Assembly: GCA_964633415.1 (NCBI GenBank)
Contig: CAZWFY010000003.1
Location: forward strand, 12,460 to 76,459
From: an uncultured Clostridia bacterium
Lineage (GTDB): Bacteria > Acidobacteriota > Aminicenantia > UBA2199
DNA: 64,000 nucleotides
Direction: 5' to 3'
The position numbers were made by a program, and so were the translations under genes. Positions within the stretch are counted from its first letter, which is position 1; every line of letters starts with the position of its first letter. This document shows, one piece after another, positions 27,318 to 36,147 of the stretch. The notes under the pieces were generated by a model, which saw nothing but the letters and a program-made list of their open reading frames with translations, was not told the DNA's origin and did not search any database.

Positions 27318-28451
27318 TCAATATTTCATTGCTTTATAATTTTTTATTATCAATTTTTTTATTTTTATATCTTCCTTATCACTTTTGTCCACTGTATAGA
27401 TTACTCCGTTTCGGATAATTCTCGGAACATAAGGCATATTGACACGATATAGTAATTGCCCTTTTGTTGAAAAAATATCAACCACTTCGTATTTTTTTCT
27501 TGTAAGTACAGATTGAATTCTGACTACATAAATTCTGTTTTTCTCATCACAAAGTATCCTGTTAAAATATGGTTTGAATTTGGGAATGGGTATCAGTTTA
27601 TAATAATTTTTATTATTTACTTTAAAAAGCAATGTATCTTTTATTGCATTGATCTCATTTGATTTTACTTCATCTTTTAATAAATCAACTTTAATTGTCT
27701 TAATAACTTTCCCTTCAGAATTTGCAATGTAAATAGAATAATCTTCGTTGTAACCAAAGCATAACCCCCCACTATCTGTGGCACAAAAATAGATATATGG
27801 TGTATAGTAGTGTTTACACCCCATAATTACTCTCCGTATCTTTATAATAGTTTGATTCGGATAAGATAAAAATTCATTAACTTTCTTCCCCTTAAAGTTA
27901 AACTGTTTTAATGTAATATATCTGTTTTTTTTTCTGTCCCCTCTGTATGTGCTTTTCACACAAAAAATATACTTTTTTGATGATAAAATAAAATCTCCAA
28001 CACCAAATACTTTAATATTTTTTATAAATTTTCCTTCAGAGTTAAATTGAACGATTTTATTGCCGTCTGTAATATACAAATTATCTTTTTGATCAATATA
28101 TAATCTAAAAGGCTCTTGTTGTAATTCTCCCGGACCTTCACCTTTAATATTACAGAACATCCTTTGAAATTTTCCTTTTTTATTAAATTTTAAAACCTTA
28201 CTCCATGTTACAAAATAAAGATTTTCCATTGAATCAATTGCCATATCATATACACCAAGCAAATATTCATCGGGACAGTTACTCCCATTGATAAATGTCT
28301 CTTCATTGTAGTGCAATCTGAAATTACTTATTATTGGATTTTTATTAGCTCTTATTTGTAAATGTGCATTTATTATATCTGTGCAAATCACTATTATAAT
28401 AAATACTGAAACGAATGAGTTCAATATTATTTTTTTAACTTCTCTCTCCAT
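27318..28451 (-). CDS. 6-bladed beta-propeller (NHL-like) exported protein
   Basis: Signal/anchor; GEGPGEL motif; repeated D..(E/D)N.Y blades; KFNKKGKF, QFNSEGKF, IFSTKGQL. Confidence 0.8.
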   Translation of the reverse strand: MEREVKKIILNSFVSVFIIIVICTDIINAHLQIRANKNPIISNFRLHYNEETFINGSNCPDEYLLGVYDMAIDSMENLYFVTWSKVLKFNKKGKFQRMFCNIKGEGPGELQQEPFRLYIDQKDNLYITDGNKIVQFNSEGKFIKNIKVFGVGDFILSSKKYIFCVKSTYRGDRKKNRYITLKQFNFKGKKVNEFLSYPNQTIIKIRRVIMGCKHYYTPYIYFCATDSGGLCFGYNEDYSIYIANSEGKVIKTIKVDLLKDEVKSNEINAIKDTLLFKVNNKNYYKLIPIPKFKPYFNRILCDEKNRIYVVRIQSVLTRKKYEVVDIFSTKGQLLYRVNMPYVPRIIRNGVIYTVDKSDKEDIKIKKLIIKNYKAMKY

Positions 28452-28745
28452 ACAATTCTATAAAAGATAAAATAACCATTAATAAAAATATAGAAAATAT
28501 TGTATACAGCTTCATTTTTTTCTATTTATTTTTGTTTTAAGAAATCCCATTGTTTTCCATTCTCCTAAAACTGTTCCTTAAAAGCCATAAATATAAATTT
28601 AAATTCATACTATTGTATTAAAAATGGAAAATCAATTTTTTTTTTACGAAATATTTCGGTAAATTTTTTTCTTCTGCCGGAATTCAACTGATCAATAACT
28701 TTTTGAATAAATAACTTATAAAAAGTATGAGCATCTTAGTGAACG

Positions 28746-29426
28746 CTATTGAATGGTTGCATTTATTATAAGAATAAGTGCATTCCCGTTGTCCCCGAGT
28801 TTTGAGACCCCCGCAACGAGATACCCTTTATTCTTGATAAATGTTCTGGAATCCATTAAATGTGAGAGACTGAAACTAAAATAGATAATATCTTCATCTG
28901 ATCTGTTTTTACGTAAGTTTACTTTCCCTAACATAAGCTTAAATAACAGTCCGGTTTTTGACGGAAGAGTAACTCCATTAAAGTTAGAACCGTCTATAAC
29001 GTTTAGAAATGCAGTTCCATCAAGCTTAAATGATTTAAAACTAAGAACATCCTTTAATTCGGTAATGACTTTTCTTAGATCTCTGTTCTCAAATTTTTCT
29101 CCGGATGAATCTTTTTTATGTGAGCCTATAACAGAAAATATTCTAAAGCTTATTCTGCGTTTTTCAGTATCGATTTTTTTTAGAATTTTTTCAAATTTCC
29201 CAATATTTTTTCTTGCCATTTCAACCGATAAAATGTTTTTTTTTAAGGAATAGGTTTCAGTGTAAATTCTTAAAGTATCAATGGCATCTTTGGCTGAAAT
29301 ATTTTTCAGGAAATATGTTTTTTTTACATATTTACTAATATTATTGTTTTTGCTTTCTGCAAAAACCGAAAAAGATCCTGCCGTAAACAAAATTACAAAT
29401 AAAAAGATTAAAGATTTTTTTTTCAT
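28746..29426 (-). CDS. Exported protein with secretin-N-like (ring-building) domain
   Basis: Start re-called at MKKKSLIF (SD GGAGG, ATGA overlap with anti-sigma). KTYFLKNISAKDAIDTL...IEKILKKID resembles secretin N repeats; no full secretin barrel. Confidence 0.55.
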   Translation of the reverse strand: MKKKSLIFLFVILFTAGSFSVFAESKNNNISKYVKKTYFLKNISAKDAIDTLRIYTETYSLKKNILSVEMARKNIGKFEKILKKIDTEKRRISFRIFSVIGSHKKDSSGEKFENRDLRKVITELKDVLSFKSFKLDGTAFLNVIDGSNFNGVTLPSKTGLLFKLMLGKVNLRKNRSDEDIIYFSFSLSHLMDSRTFIKNKGYLVAGVSKLGDNGNALILIINATIQ

Positions 29427-29734
29427 TGTTTTATCCTCCGGAGTGAAAAATCCTTTTTTTTCACCCATATGATTTTTATATTTTTTCCTTTTAATTCATA
29501 CTCTATTTTAATCTCGTTCCGAATATTAAAACTCTCTTTATTTTCTAAAGAGAAGAAAATTCCCGCAACCAGCAATAATAGGGTTAATAGTACCGGAGTC
29601 CAATTGAATCCGTGTATGAAATTTTTTTGTCTGTATATTTTTTTGTTGATTTTATTCTCGATTTCATAAGGAATCTTCAGATCGACAGATTTTACAATAG
29701 TTTTTATACGTTCATTATTAATTTTATTTTTCAT
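29423..29734 (-). CDS. Putative anti-sigma factor (single TM)
   Basis: 103 aa, one TM (VLLTLLLLVAGIFFSL), coupled to the ECF gene. Confidence 0.65.
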   Translation of the reverse strand: MKNKINNERIKTIVKSVDLKIPYEIENKINKKIYRQKNFIHGFNWTPVLLTLLLLVAGIFFSLENKESFNIRNEIKIEYELKGKNIKIIWVKKKDFSLRRIKQ

Positions 29735-30300
29735 TTTTTTACTCCGAGTGATCTTCTTATTTTTTTTCTGGAATCCGATAGGATGACTTTTACGTTTCCG
29801 GGTTTAATTCCAATAATTTCAGAGATCTCATTGATATTGAAGCCACTGTCATAAAACATGAAAAAAATCTGTCTTTCCCTAAGTTTTAACTCTTGTGCGA
29901 TAGAGAAGATAATTTGGACAATCTCTTTGCCGGAGTCCTCCACCGACTGGAATTCCGTTGAATTGAATATGTTATCGACGAATTTGAACTGCGAGTTTTT
30001 TTTATAAAACCTTTTTATTTCATTATTGGCTATAGCAAATATCCATGGCTTGAAATCCAAAGATCTATCGAAATTTTTAAAATATTTAAATGCTCGTAAC
30101 ACTGTATTTTGATATATATCATTTCCGTCTTCTGCAAAATTAAGGGATTTCATAATAAAATTGTAGAGATTGATTTTTACGGGAGTAAATAAGTTCTTGA
30201 AAATTTCACTTCTTTGTTTATGGGTAGTTTTGTAAATACTTTTAGATTTTTTCTTTCCTGAAAATAAAAGTGACGAAAATCCCAATGCGATCTCTTTCAT
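29731..30300 (-). CDS. ECF RNA polymerase sigma factor
   Basis: DIYQNTVLRAFKY...FKPWIFAIANN (region 2); RERQIFFMFYDSGFNINEISEIIGIKPGNVKVILS (region 4). Confidence 0.92.
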   Translation of the reverse strand: MKEIALGFSSLLFSGKKKSKSIYKTTHKQRSEIFKNLFTPVKINLYNFIMKSLNFAEDGNDIYQNTVLRAFKYFKNFDRSLDFKPWIFAIANNEIKRFYKKNSQFKFVDNIFNSTEFQSVEDSGKEIVQIIFSIAQELKLRERQIFFMFYDSGFNINEISEIIGIKPGNVKVILSDSRKKIRRSLGVKK

Positions 30301-30370
30301 ATTATTTATATCACAAATATATCAAAAAGGTAAAAAAATAGATTAAGTTTACACTCAATACAATTAATTT

Positions 30371-30982
30371 CTAATGAGTGTTACCTGAATCAAGGAGGAA
30401 AATTGCTTCCTTTGCGAGAAGGTTAGGAAAAATTCTTATAATTCTGTTTTGAGAAATAAATGCCGAATTTAAAATTTTTATTTTTTTCTTGTCACAAAAG
30501 AGCATAAAATCCTTTATAGAAAGAAATCTCAGGTTTGGTGTTCCGAACCATTCATAGGGCAGGGAAGTTGTCATAGGGGTTCTTCCCCGAAAGAAGAGTT
30601 GATAACGTGTTTTAAAATATGCAAAGTTGGGAAATGCGATTATAACGGATCTTCCTATCCTCAATGCTTCATCTATGATCTTTTTCGGAAATTCCGTTTT
30701 CTGAAGACTGTTGTTAAGAATTACAAAGTCAAATGACTTGTCGGGAAAATGTATAAGACAGTCATTAAAGTCGAGGTTAAATACATTAAGCCCTTTTGAA
30801 ATACATTCGGATACTTTCTCACTGTCTCTCTCAATCCCTTGACATTTAGCTCCTCTTCTATCTTTTAATTTTTTCATAAGAGTTCCCGACCCGCATCCGA
30901 GATCCATGACTTTTGCTCTATCCGAGATAAATTCCGATATTATTTTATGATTTTTATCTTTTTTATAATTCATTTTCTTCAC
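30371..30982 (-). CDS. metW: Methionine biosynthesis protein MetW
   Basis: VMDLGCGSG SAM motif, AFPNFAY, GRTPMTTSLPYEWFGTPN; downstream of metX. Confidence 0.93.
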   Translation of the reverse strand: MKKMNYKKDKNHKIISEFISDRAKVMDLGCGSGTLMKKLKDRRGAKCQGIERDSEKVSECISKGLNVFNLDFNDCLIHFPDKSFDFVILNNSLQKTEFPKKIIDEALRIGRSVIIAFPNFAYFKTRYQLFFRGRTPMTTSLPYEWFGTPNLRFLSIKDFMLFCDKKKIKILNSAFISQNRIIRIFPNLLAKEAIFLLDSGNTH

Positions 30983-32099
30983 AAATCCTTTCTAAAAAAT
31001 TCTTTATTATTCCGGACTCTTTTTCCTGCTCAAGTAAAAATGCATCGTGTCCGTATGAAGATTTGATTTTTGCATATGTAGTGTTGACTCCTTTGCTCAT
31101 TAGAAAGTGAATTATATCTTCCGAATAGCTGTGAGGATAGAGCCAGTCCGAATCAAAAGAGATGAGAAGGAAGGATGGAAAGATATCGGAATAGTTCTTT
31201 ATCAGCTTGTCTTCTGAAACGTCAAAATAGTTGAGGGCACGTGTTATATAGAGGAAACTGTTTGCATCAAACCTATCAACAAAAGAGTTACCGTTATAAT
31301 TCAGATAACTCTCAACTTCAAAATCAATATCAAACGAATTGCTGAATTTTTTATTTTTTAATCGTCTTGAAAATTTTTCTTCCATGGAGATCTCGCTCAT
31401 ATAGGTGATATGTCCTATCATTCTTGACAATGACAATCCTTTTTTCGGGATTTGTTTTTCATAATAATTTCCGTTATTCCAGTTTGGATCCCTTATTATC
31501 GATTGTCTGGCAACTTCTGAGAAAGCAATTTGCATGGGAGATTGTTTCCATGCGGCTGAAATTGAGATTACTGAAGCGGTAAATTCTGGGAAATCCGATG
31601 CAATTTGCAAAGCAAGCATTCCGCCCATTGAACCTCCGGCGACAGAAAATAATTTTTTAATTCCCAGAAAATCCAATAATTTTTTTTGAGCTTTGATCAT
31701 ATCCGATAATGAAATAAACGGAAATTCAGTGCCATAAGGTTTCCCCGTATCCGGATTGTTTGAGGAAGGACCGGTAGATCCGCTGCAACCTCCGATGATA
31801 TTTGAACAGATAATGAAAAATTTTTCCGTATCAAATGCTTTTTTAGGACCGATAAGGTTATCCCACCACCCCGGTTTTTTATCCGAATTGTTGTAATATC
31901 CGGCCGCATGTGAATCCATAGTTAATGTGTGCTGGATCAATATGGCATTGTCTCTTTTAACATTTAAAGTGCCGTATGTTTCATAGGCGATTGTTATGGG
32001 GCCAAACACTATTCCCGACTCAAGTAAAAGACGGTCACTCTTTTTCCCCCCGAATGTAAAATAATTTTTCTTTACTTTCCCTATCGATCTGTTTCCCAT
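30963..32099 (-). CDS. metX: Homoserine O-acetyltransferase
   Basis: AYETYGTLN, GGSMGGM nucleophile elbow, FDANS, YGHDAFLLE. Confidence 0.95.
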   Translation of the reverse strand: MGNRSIGKVKKNYFTFGGKKSDRLLLESGIVFGPITIAYETYGTLNVKRDNAILIQHTLTMDSHAAGYYNNSDKKPGWWDNLIGPKKAFDTEKFFIICSNIIGGCSGSTGPSSNNPDTGKPYGTEFPFISLSDMIKAQKKLLDFLGIKKLFSVAGGSMGGMLALQIASDFPEFTASVISISAAWKQSPMQIAFSEVARQSIIRDPNWNNGNYYEKQIPKKGLSLSRMIGHITYMSEISMEEKFSRRLKNKKFSNSFDIDFEVESYLNYNGNSFVDRFDANSFLYITRALNYFDVSEDKLIKNYSDIFPSFLLISFDSDWLYPHSYSEDIIHFLMSKGVNTTYAKIKSSYGHDAFLLEQEKESGIIKNFLERICEENEL

Positions 32100-32100
32100 T

Positions 32101-33408
32101 TTATTCTCCGCCGTTTACTTTTTTTAATGCCTGATCCAGATCAGAGATGATATCGTCAGGGTTCTCTATTCCGACCGAGAGTCTTATAAAATCTTCCGTT
32201 ACTCCGGCTTCCAGTCTCTCTTTTGCCGTTAATCTCCGGTGGGTTGTTGACGCAGGATGAATTGCAAGTGTTCGTGTATCTCCGATATTTGCGAGATGAG
32301 CGATCAATCCGAGTGAATCAATAAATTTTTTTCCGGACTCCTTTCCGCCTTTTATTCCGAATCCGATCACAGCTCCGGTACCTTTCGGGAAATATTTATT
32401 TGCGAGAATATCATTCTCTTTGCTTCCCGAACCGGGAAAATTAACCCACGAAACTTTCGGATGCTCTTTTAAAAAAACAGTGATTTTTTTTGCATTTTTT
32501 ATATGTTCTCTCATTCTTACATGAAGTGTTTCAAGACCTTGCAGTAGAAGAAATGAATTAAATGGTGAAATGGATCCTCCGAGATCTCTTAACATAGTCA
32601 ATCTTGCTTTCATAATATAGGGTGTGCTTGCAGATACATTTTTAAATTTTTCGGAAAAAATCATTCCGTGGAATTCAGGGTCAGGTTCCGAGATATCCGG
32701 ATATTTCCCTTTACTCCAGTCGAATTTTCCGGAATCGACAACAAGTCCTCCCATTGAATTTCCGTGTCCTCCGATATATTTTGTTGCAGAATATACAACG
32801 ATGTCCGCTCCGAAATGAAAGGGCTGAAAAATATAGGGAGAAAAAGTGTTGTCAACGATCAAAGGAATATTATATTTTTTTAAAATATCCTTTAATCCTT
32901 CTATATCTGAAATAGTCAGAGAAGGATTACCAATTGATTCTGTGAAAACCGCTCTTGTTTTCTCGTTAATTAAAGGCTTAATCTTTTCAAATTCGTTGAT
33001 CGGAACAAAATGTGTGGTTATTCCGAATTTTTTAAATGTATATCTGAAAAGATTATGTGTGCCGCCATAGAGAGATTGGGAGGATATTATTTCATCTCCG
33101 GCTTTGGCGATTGATAATATAGATGAAGATATTGCTGCCAATCCGCTCGCAAATGCAACCGCACCTTTGCCACCCTCCAGTTCTGCTATCCGCTTTTCCA
33201 GAACGTCGGTCGTCGGGTTTGAGATCCGTGTATATATATTGCCTGCTTCATTCGATTCGAAGAGGGATGTTGCATGATCACTGTTTTTAAATCGAAATGA
33301 TGTGCTTTGGATAATAGGAACCGCTTGTGCTCCGAAAGCATCCCGGGGATCATATCCTGCATGCAGTAAAATTGTCTCTCTGTTATATTTTTTCTTTTTT
33401 TCAGTCAT
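32101..33408 (-). CDS. metY: O-acetylhomoserine sulfhydrylase (PLP)
   Basis: [22 protein letters not shown] (PLP Lys), [18 protein letters not shown]. Confidence 0.95.
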   Translation of the reverse strand: MTEKKKKYNRETILLHAGYDPRDAFGAQAVPIIQSTSFRFKNSDHATSLFESNEAGNIYTRISNPTTDVLEKRIAELEGGKGAVAFASGLAAISSSILSIAKAGDEIISSQSLYGGTHNLFRYTFKKFGITTHFVPINEFEKIKPLINEKTRAVFTESIGNPSLTISDIEGLKDILKKYNIPLIVDNTFSPYIFQPFHFGADIVVYSATKYIGGHGNSMGGLVVDSGKFDWSKGKYPDISEPDPEFHGMIFSEKFKNVSASTPYIMKARLTMLRDLGGSISPFNSFLLLQGLETLHVRMREHIKNAKKITVFLKEHPKVSWVNFPGSGSKENDILANKYFPKGTGAVIGFGIKGGKESGKKFIDSLGLIAHLANIGDTRTLAIHPASTTHRRLTAKERLEAGVTEDFIRLSVGIENPDDIISDLDQALKKVNGGE

Positions 33409-34793
33409 TTTTTATCCTTTATTCGGTTGAAAAATTCTTTATGAATGGCAGTCAATGCTTTTTTGCAATCACTGTCGTCTATGATCAGATACATTGAAGT
33501 CTCTGATGCTCCGAGAGAGATTATCCGGACGTTTATCTTCTCTTTGTTTAAAGCGGATAAAATTTTTGAAGCTATTCCGAATCGTTCTCCGATTCCTTCT
33601 CCGACTGCAGCAAGGATGGAAATATTATCTATTATTGAGATTTCTTCAAGTATAAAACTTTCGATATTTTCAAGTATTTTAAAGCTTTCCCTAATATCTT
33701 CCGTTGAAAGAAGAAAGTTTATAGATGTCTGTGATGTGATTATTGACTTGATGTTGATTCCGGCTTTATTGAATTTTTTAGATACAACAGCTATTATTCC
33801 CGGTTTTTCTCCGACATTGGCACCTTTAAGTCTTAGTATCGAGATATCATTATCATAAGTAATACTTTTTATTACATCTTTTACGACAGATCTTTTTGAA
33901 TTAATAACCGTAGCCGGCGAATATTTTCCGGAAATATCTCCCAAACCGAATATTCTCAATTCTATGTTTCTTTCCTTAATAGGGATGAATGCACCCGGAT
34001 GGATTATTTTAGCTCCGAAATATGATAATTCGGCAGCTTCTTCATAGCTTAAATGTTCAATAGGTTTCACCTCTTTTACTATTTTCGGATCGGATGTCAT
34101 AAACCCTTCGACATCTTTCCACAGATCAAGGAATTCGGCATCAATACATTTTGCGATCGATGCCGCTGTATAATCGCTTCCACCTCTTCCGAAAACCGAA
34201 ATACGCGAACCTTCGGAAATACCGTAAAATCCCGGAATTATATAATTTTTCTCCGGAGATAAGTTTTTCTTGACGGAATCAATTGAACGATTAAAATCGA
34301 CACCCGACCTGTCCGAAGAATCATATGAATATAATCCTATCTTTTCAGGGAGTGCTACACTGTTCACTATCCCGTAATGATTAAGGAACAGTGAAATAAG
34401 ATTTGATGACAATCTTTCCCCGAAACTGAGAACATATGAATGTGAAAAATCGGGAACATCGCTTATAAGTTGAAGTCCTGTGAGATAATTCTTTAATTGT
34501 TTCAGAAGTATAAGTATCTTCCTTCTGATTTCATTGGAGCTGCTTTTTTTATCTATGTTAATATTGATGAATGTAAAATGCAGTTCTTTCAAATATTCAA
34601 TGATATTATCAATGCTTTTTTTGTTAAAAACTCCCTTCTTTAAAAAGCAGGAGAGTTTGTCGGTAACTCCATACAGGGCAGATACCACAATTATCAGATA
34701 TTGAGAATATGACCGGACAGCGGAAAGGATCTTTTTAAAATCCGACGGCTCCTTTAGTACCGATCCGCCGAATTTAACTACGATCTTTTTCAC
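33405..34793 (-). CDS. lysC: Aspartate kinase with two ACT domains
   Basis: [36 protein letters not shown], two ACT repeats. GTG 34793 with SD GGAG preferred (alternatives 34805, 34829). Confidence 0.92.
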   Translation of the reverse strand: MKKIVVKFGGSVLKEPSDFKKILSAVRSYSQYLIIVVSALYGVTDKLSCFLKKGVFNKKSIDNIIEYLKELHFTFININIDKKSSSNEIRRKILILLKQLKNYLTGLQLISDVPDFSHSYVLSFGERLSSNLISLFLNHYGIVNSVALPEKIGLYSYDSSDRSGVDFNRSIDSVKKNLSPEKNYIIPGFYGISEGSRISVFGRGGSDYTAASIAKCIDAEFLDLWKDVEGFMTSDPKIVKEVKPIEHLSYEEAAELSYFGAKIIHPGAFIPIKERNIELRIFGLGDISGKYSPATVINSKRSVVKDVIKSITYDNDISILRLKGANVGEKPGIIAVVSKKFNKAGINIKSIITSQTSINFLLSTEDIRESFKILENIESFILEEISIIDNISILAAVGEGIGERFGIASKILSALNKEKINVRIISLGASETSMYLIIDDSDCKKALTAIHKEFFNRIKDKK

Positions 34794-35817
34794 TGTTCTC
34801 TCCATAGAGTGATTGGAAGTATTCGGCATTAATCACCGATCCCCCCGCTCCTCCCCTTACAACGTTGTTCACAAGAAGATTGAATCCTATTTTCTCACCT
34901 TTTATTTTAAGTCCACCGGTAAAAACCTGCATTCCCCGGGGGGTTCCGAGGAAGGAGAGATTGTTGCGTGGTATTCCCTCATCGTCAAGATATATTACCG
35001 GTTTTTTTGGAATTGAAGGAAGATCTGTTATCTGTGACAATAAACCCCATTTTTTCAAAATACTTTCTTTGTCAGGATATGTGTTTAATTTCACCCAGAC
35101 GGTTTCGAGATGTCCGAATCTGACGGGAACTCTGACTGATGAAGCGAATATATCAAAATTGATATTGAGTATCGCCTTTGTCTCAAACTCAATTTTTTCT
35201 TCTTCACCCTTTATGAAAGGTATAACGTTATCTGAAATATCGATTGCAGAATGACCCGGATATCCGGCTCCCGAGATTGCCTGATAAGTGGATACGGTGA
35301 CCTCTTTAATCCCGAACTCTTTTAAAGGTGAAAGTGCTATTGCAAGTCCCGATGTGCTGCAATTAGAATTTGTGATTATAAATCCTTTATCAGGGAAGCC
35401 CTGCTTTTTTATCAGCTCTATAGTATCCGGGTTTACATCCGGGATAAGTATCGGAACGTCTTTATCCCGCCTGTGTGCCGATGAATTTGAAAAGATATAG
35501 AATCCTCCTTCGCGGAGGAATGATTCGATCTTATTTCCCGATTCCGCCGGTAGTGCTGAAAAGATATATTTAATTCCGCGTGACTTAAGTGCCCCGGCAT
35601 CGAGTTCTTCAAGAGTCATATTGAATATTTTCTCGTTCGGAGCGAAGGGAAGTTGCCATTTCACTTGATCCTTATATCTTTTTCCCGCTCTTTTTTTTGA
35701 AGCGATCAAGCTTTTAATTTCAAAAACATCATGATCCGAAAGCATACTGGTAAAGACCTGTCCTATAATTCCGGTAGCACCGATTATCGCTGCTTTTTCA
35801 GTTTTATTTTTCTTCAT
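34774..35817 (-). CDS. asd: Aspartate-semialdehyde dehydrogenase (archaeal/eukaryote-type)
   Basis: IIGATGIIG, SALP, NSNCSTSG catalytic Cys, QAISGAGYPG, VRVPVRFGH, NNVVRGGAG; SD AAGGAG. Confidence 0.94.
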   Translation of the reverse strand: MKKNKTEKAAIIGATGIIGQVFTSMLSDHDVFEIKSLIASKKRAGKRYKDQVKWQLPFAPNEKIFNMTLEELDAGALKSRGIKYIFSALPAESGNKIESFLREGGFYIFSNSSAHRRDKDVPILIPDVNPDTIELIKKQGFPDKGFIITNSNCSTSGLAIALSPLKEFGIKEVTVSTYQAISGAGYPGHSAIDISDNVIPFIKGEEEKIEFETKAILNINFDIFASSVRVPVRFGHLETVWVKLNTYPDKESILKKWGLLSQITDLPSIPKKPVIYLDDEGIPRNNLSFLGTPRGMQVFTGGLKIKGEKIGFNLLVNNVVRGGAGGSVINAEYFQSLYGENSEKDRS

Positions 35818-35876
35818 TTGAATTTCTCCTTTGATTTTTTTTGTATGGATTTCCCTAAGGAAAATAGATTTGAGAT

Positions 35877-35895
35877 GCCCCGATAGTTTCGGGGC
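35877..35895 (-). terminator. GC-rich hairpin in met leader (attenuator-like, no canonical U-tract on the coding strand)
   Basis: GCCCCGA-AACTA-TCGGGGC, starting 1 nt after the leader ORF stop. Confidence 0.5.
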
Positions 35896-35896
35896 T

Positions 35897-35926
35897 TTAC
35901 ATCAACATAAGTGAAAATATAAACAT
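35897..35926 (-). CDS. Putative Met-rich leader peptide MFIFSLMLM
   Basis: AGGAGG-CGGTAA-ATG TTT ATA TTT TCA CTT ATG TTG ATG TAA; 3 of 9 codons Met, upstream of a Met biosynthesis operon. Confidence 0.55.
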   Translation of the reverse strand: MFIFSLMLM

Positions 35927-35942
35927 TTACCGCCTCCTGAAT

Positions 35943-36042
35943 ACTATTCAGGGAAATAGTCCCTGCCGGATTACCACCTTATTCATAGAGAACAGGTTGG
36001 TGAGGATCGTAGAGTTCCGGACTCTCACCTCGTCTTCATAGC
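35943..36042 (-). ncRNA. SAM-I (S-box) riboswitch, non-consensus variant
   Basis: Folded by hand: P1 GCUAU/AUAGU; J1/2 GAAGAC; P2 GAGG/CCUC and GAGU/ACUC around a K-turn (tandem GA, UAC bulge); L2 CCGGA pairs with J3/4 UCCGG (pseudoknot); P3 ACC-AA-CC/GG-U-GGU; P4 CAGGGA/UCCCUG; upstream of met genes. Confidence 0.88.
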
Positions 36043-36072
36043 GTAAAGGCTCTGAAGAGATTAAACGAAATA

Positions 36073-36101
36073 AAGTTATCAAAAAATGTCGAATGTGTCA
36101 A
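36073..36101 (-). promoter_or_regulatory. Sigma70 promoter of riboswitch/met operon
   Basis: Minus strand TTGACA-N17-TAACTT, about 30 nt upstream of P1. Confidence 0.7.
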
Positions 36102-36147
36102 GCGAGTTTAAAATATTTTGGTTTTGAAGTGACATATAGTATATTAT

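Noticed and set aside
35818-36070. Lysine riboswitch or T-box upstream of asd/ask
   Set aside because: No lysine-switch five-way junction motifs and no T-box AAUUAGGGUGGUACCGCG-like sequence; SAM-I helices, K-turn and pseudoknot fit instead.
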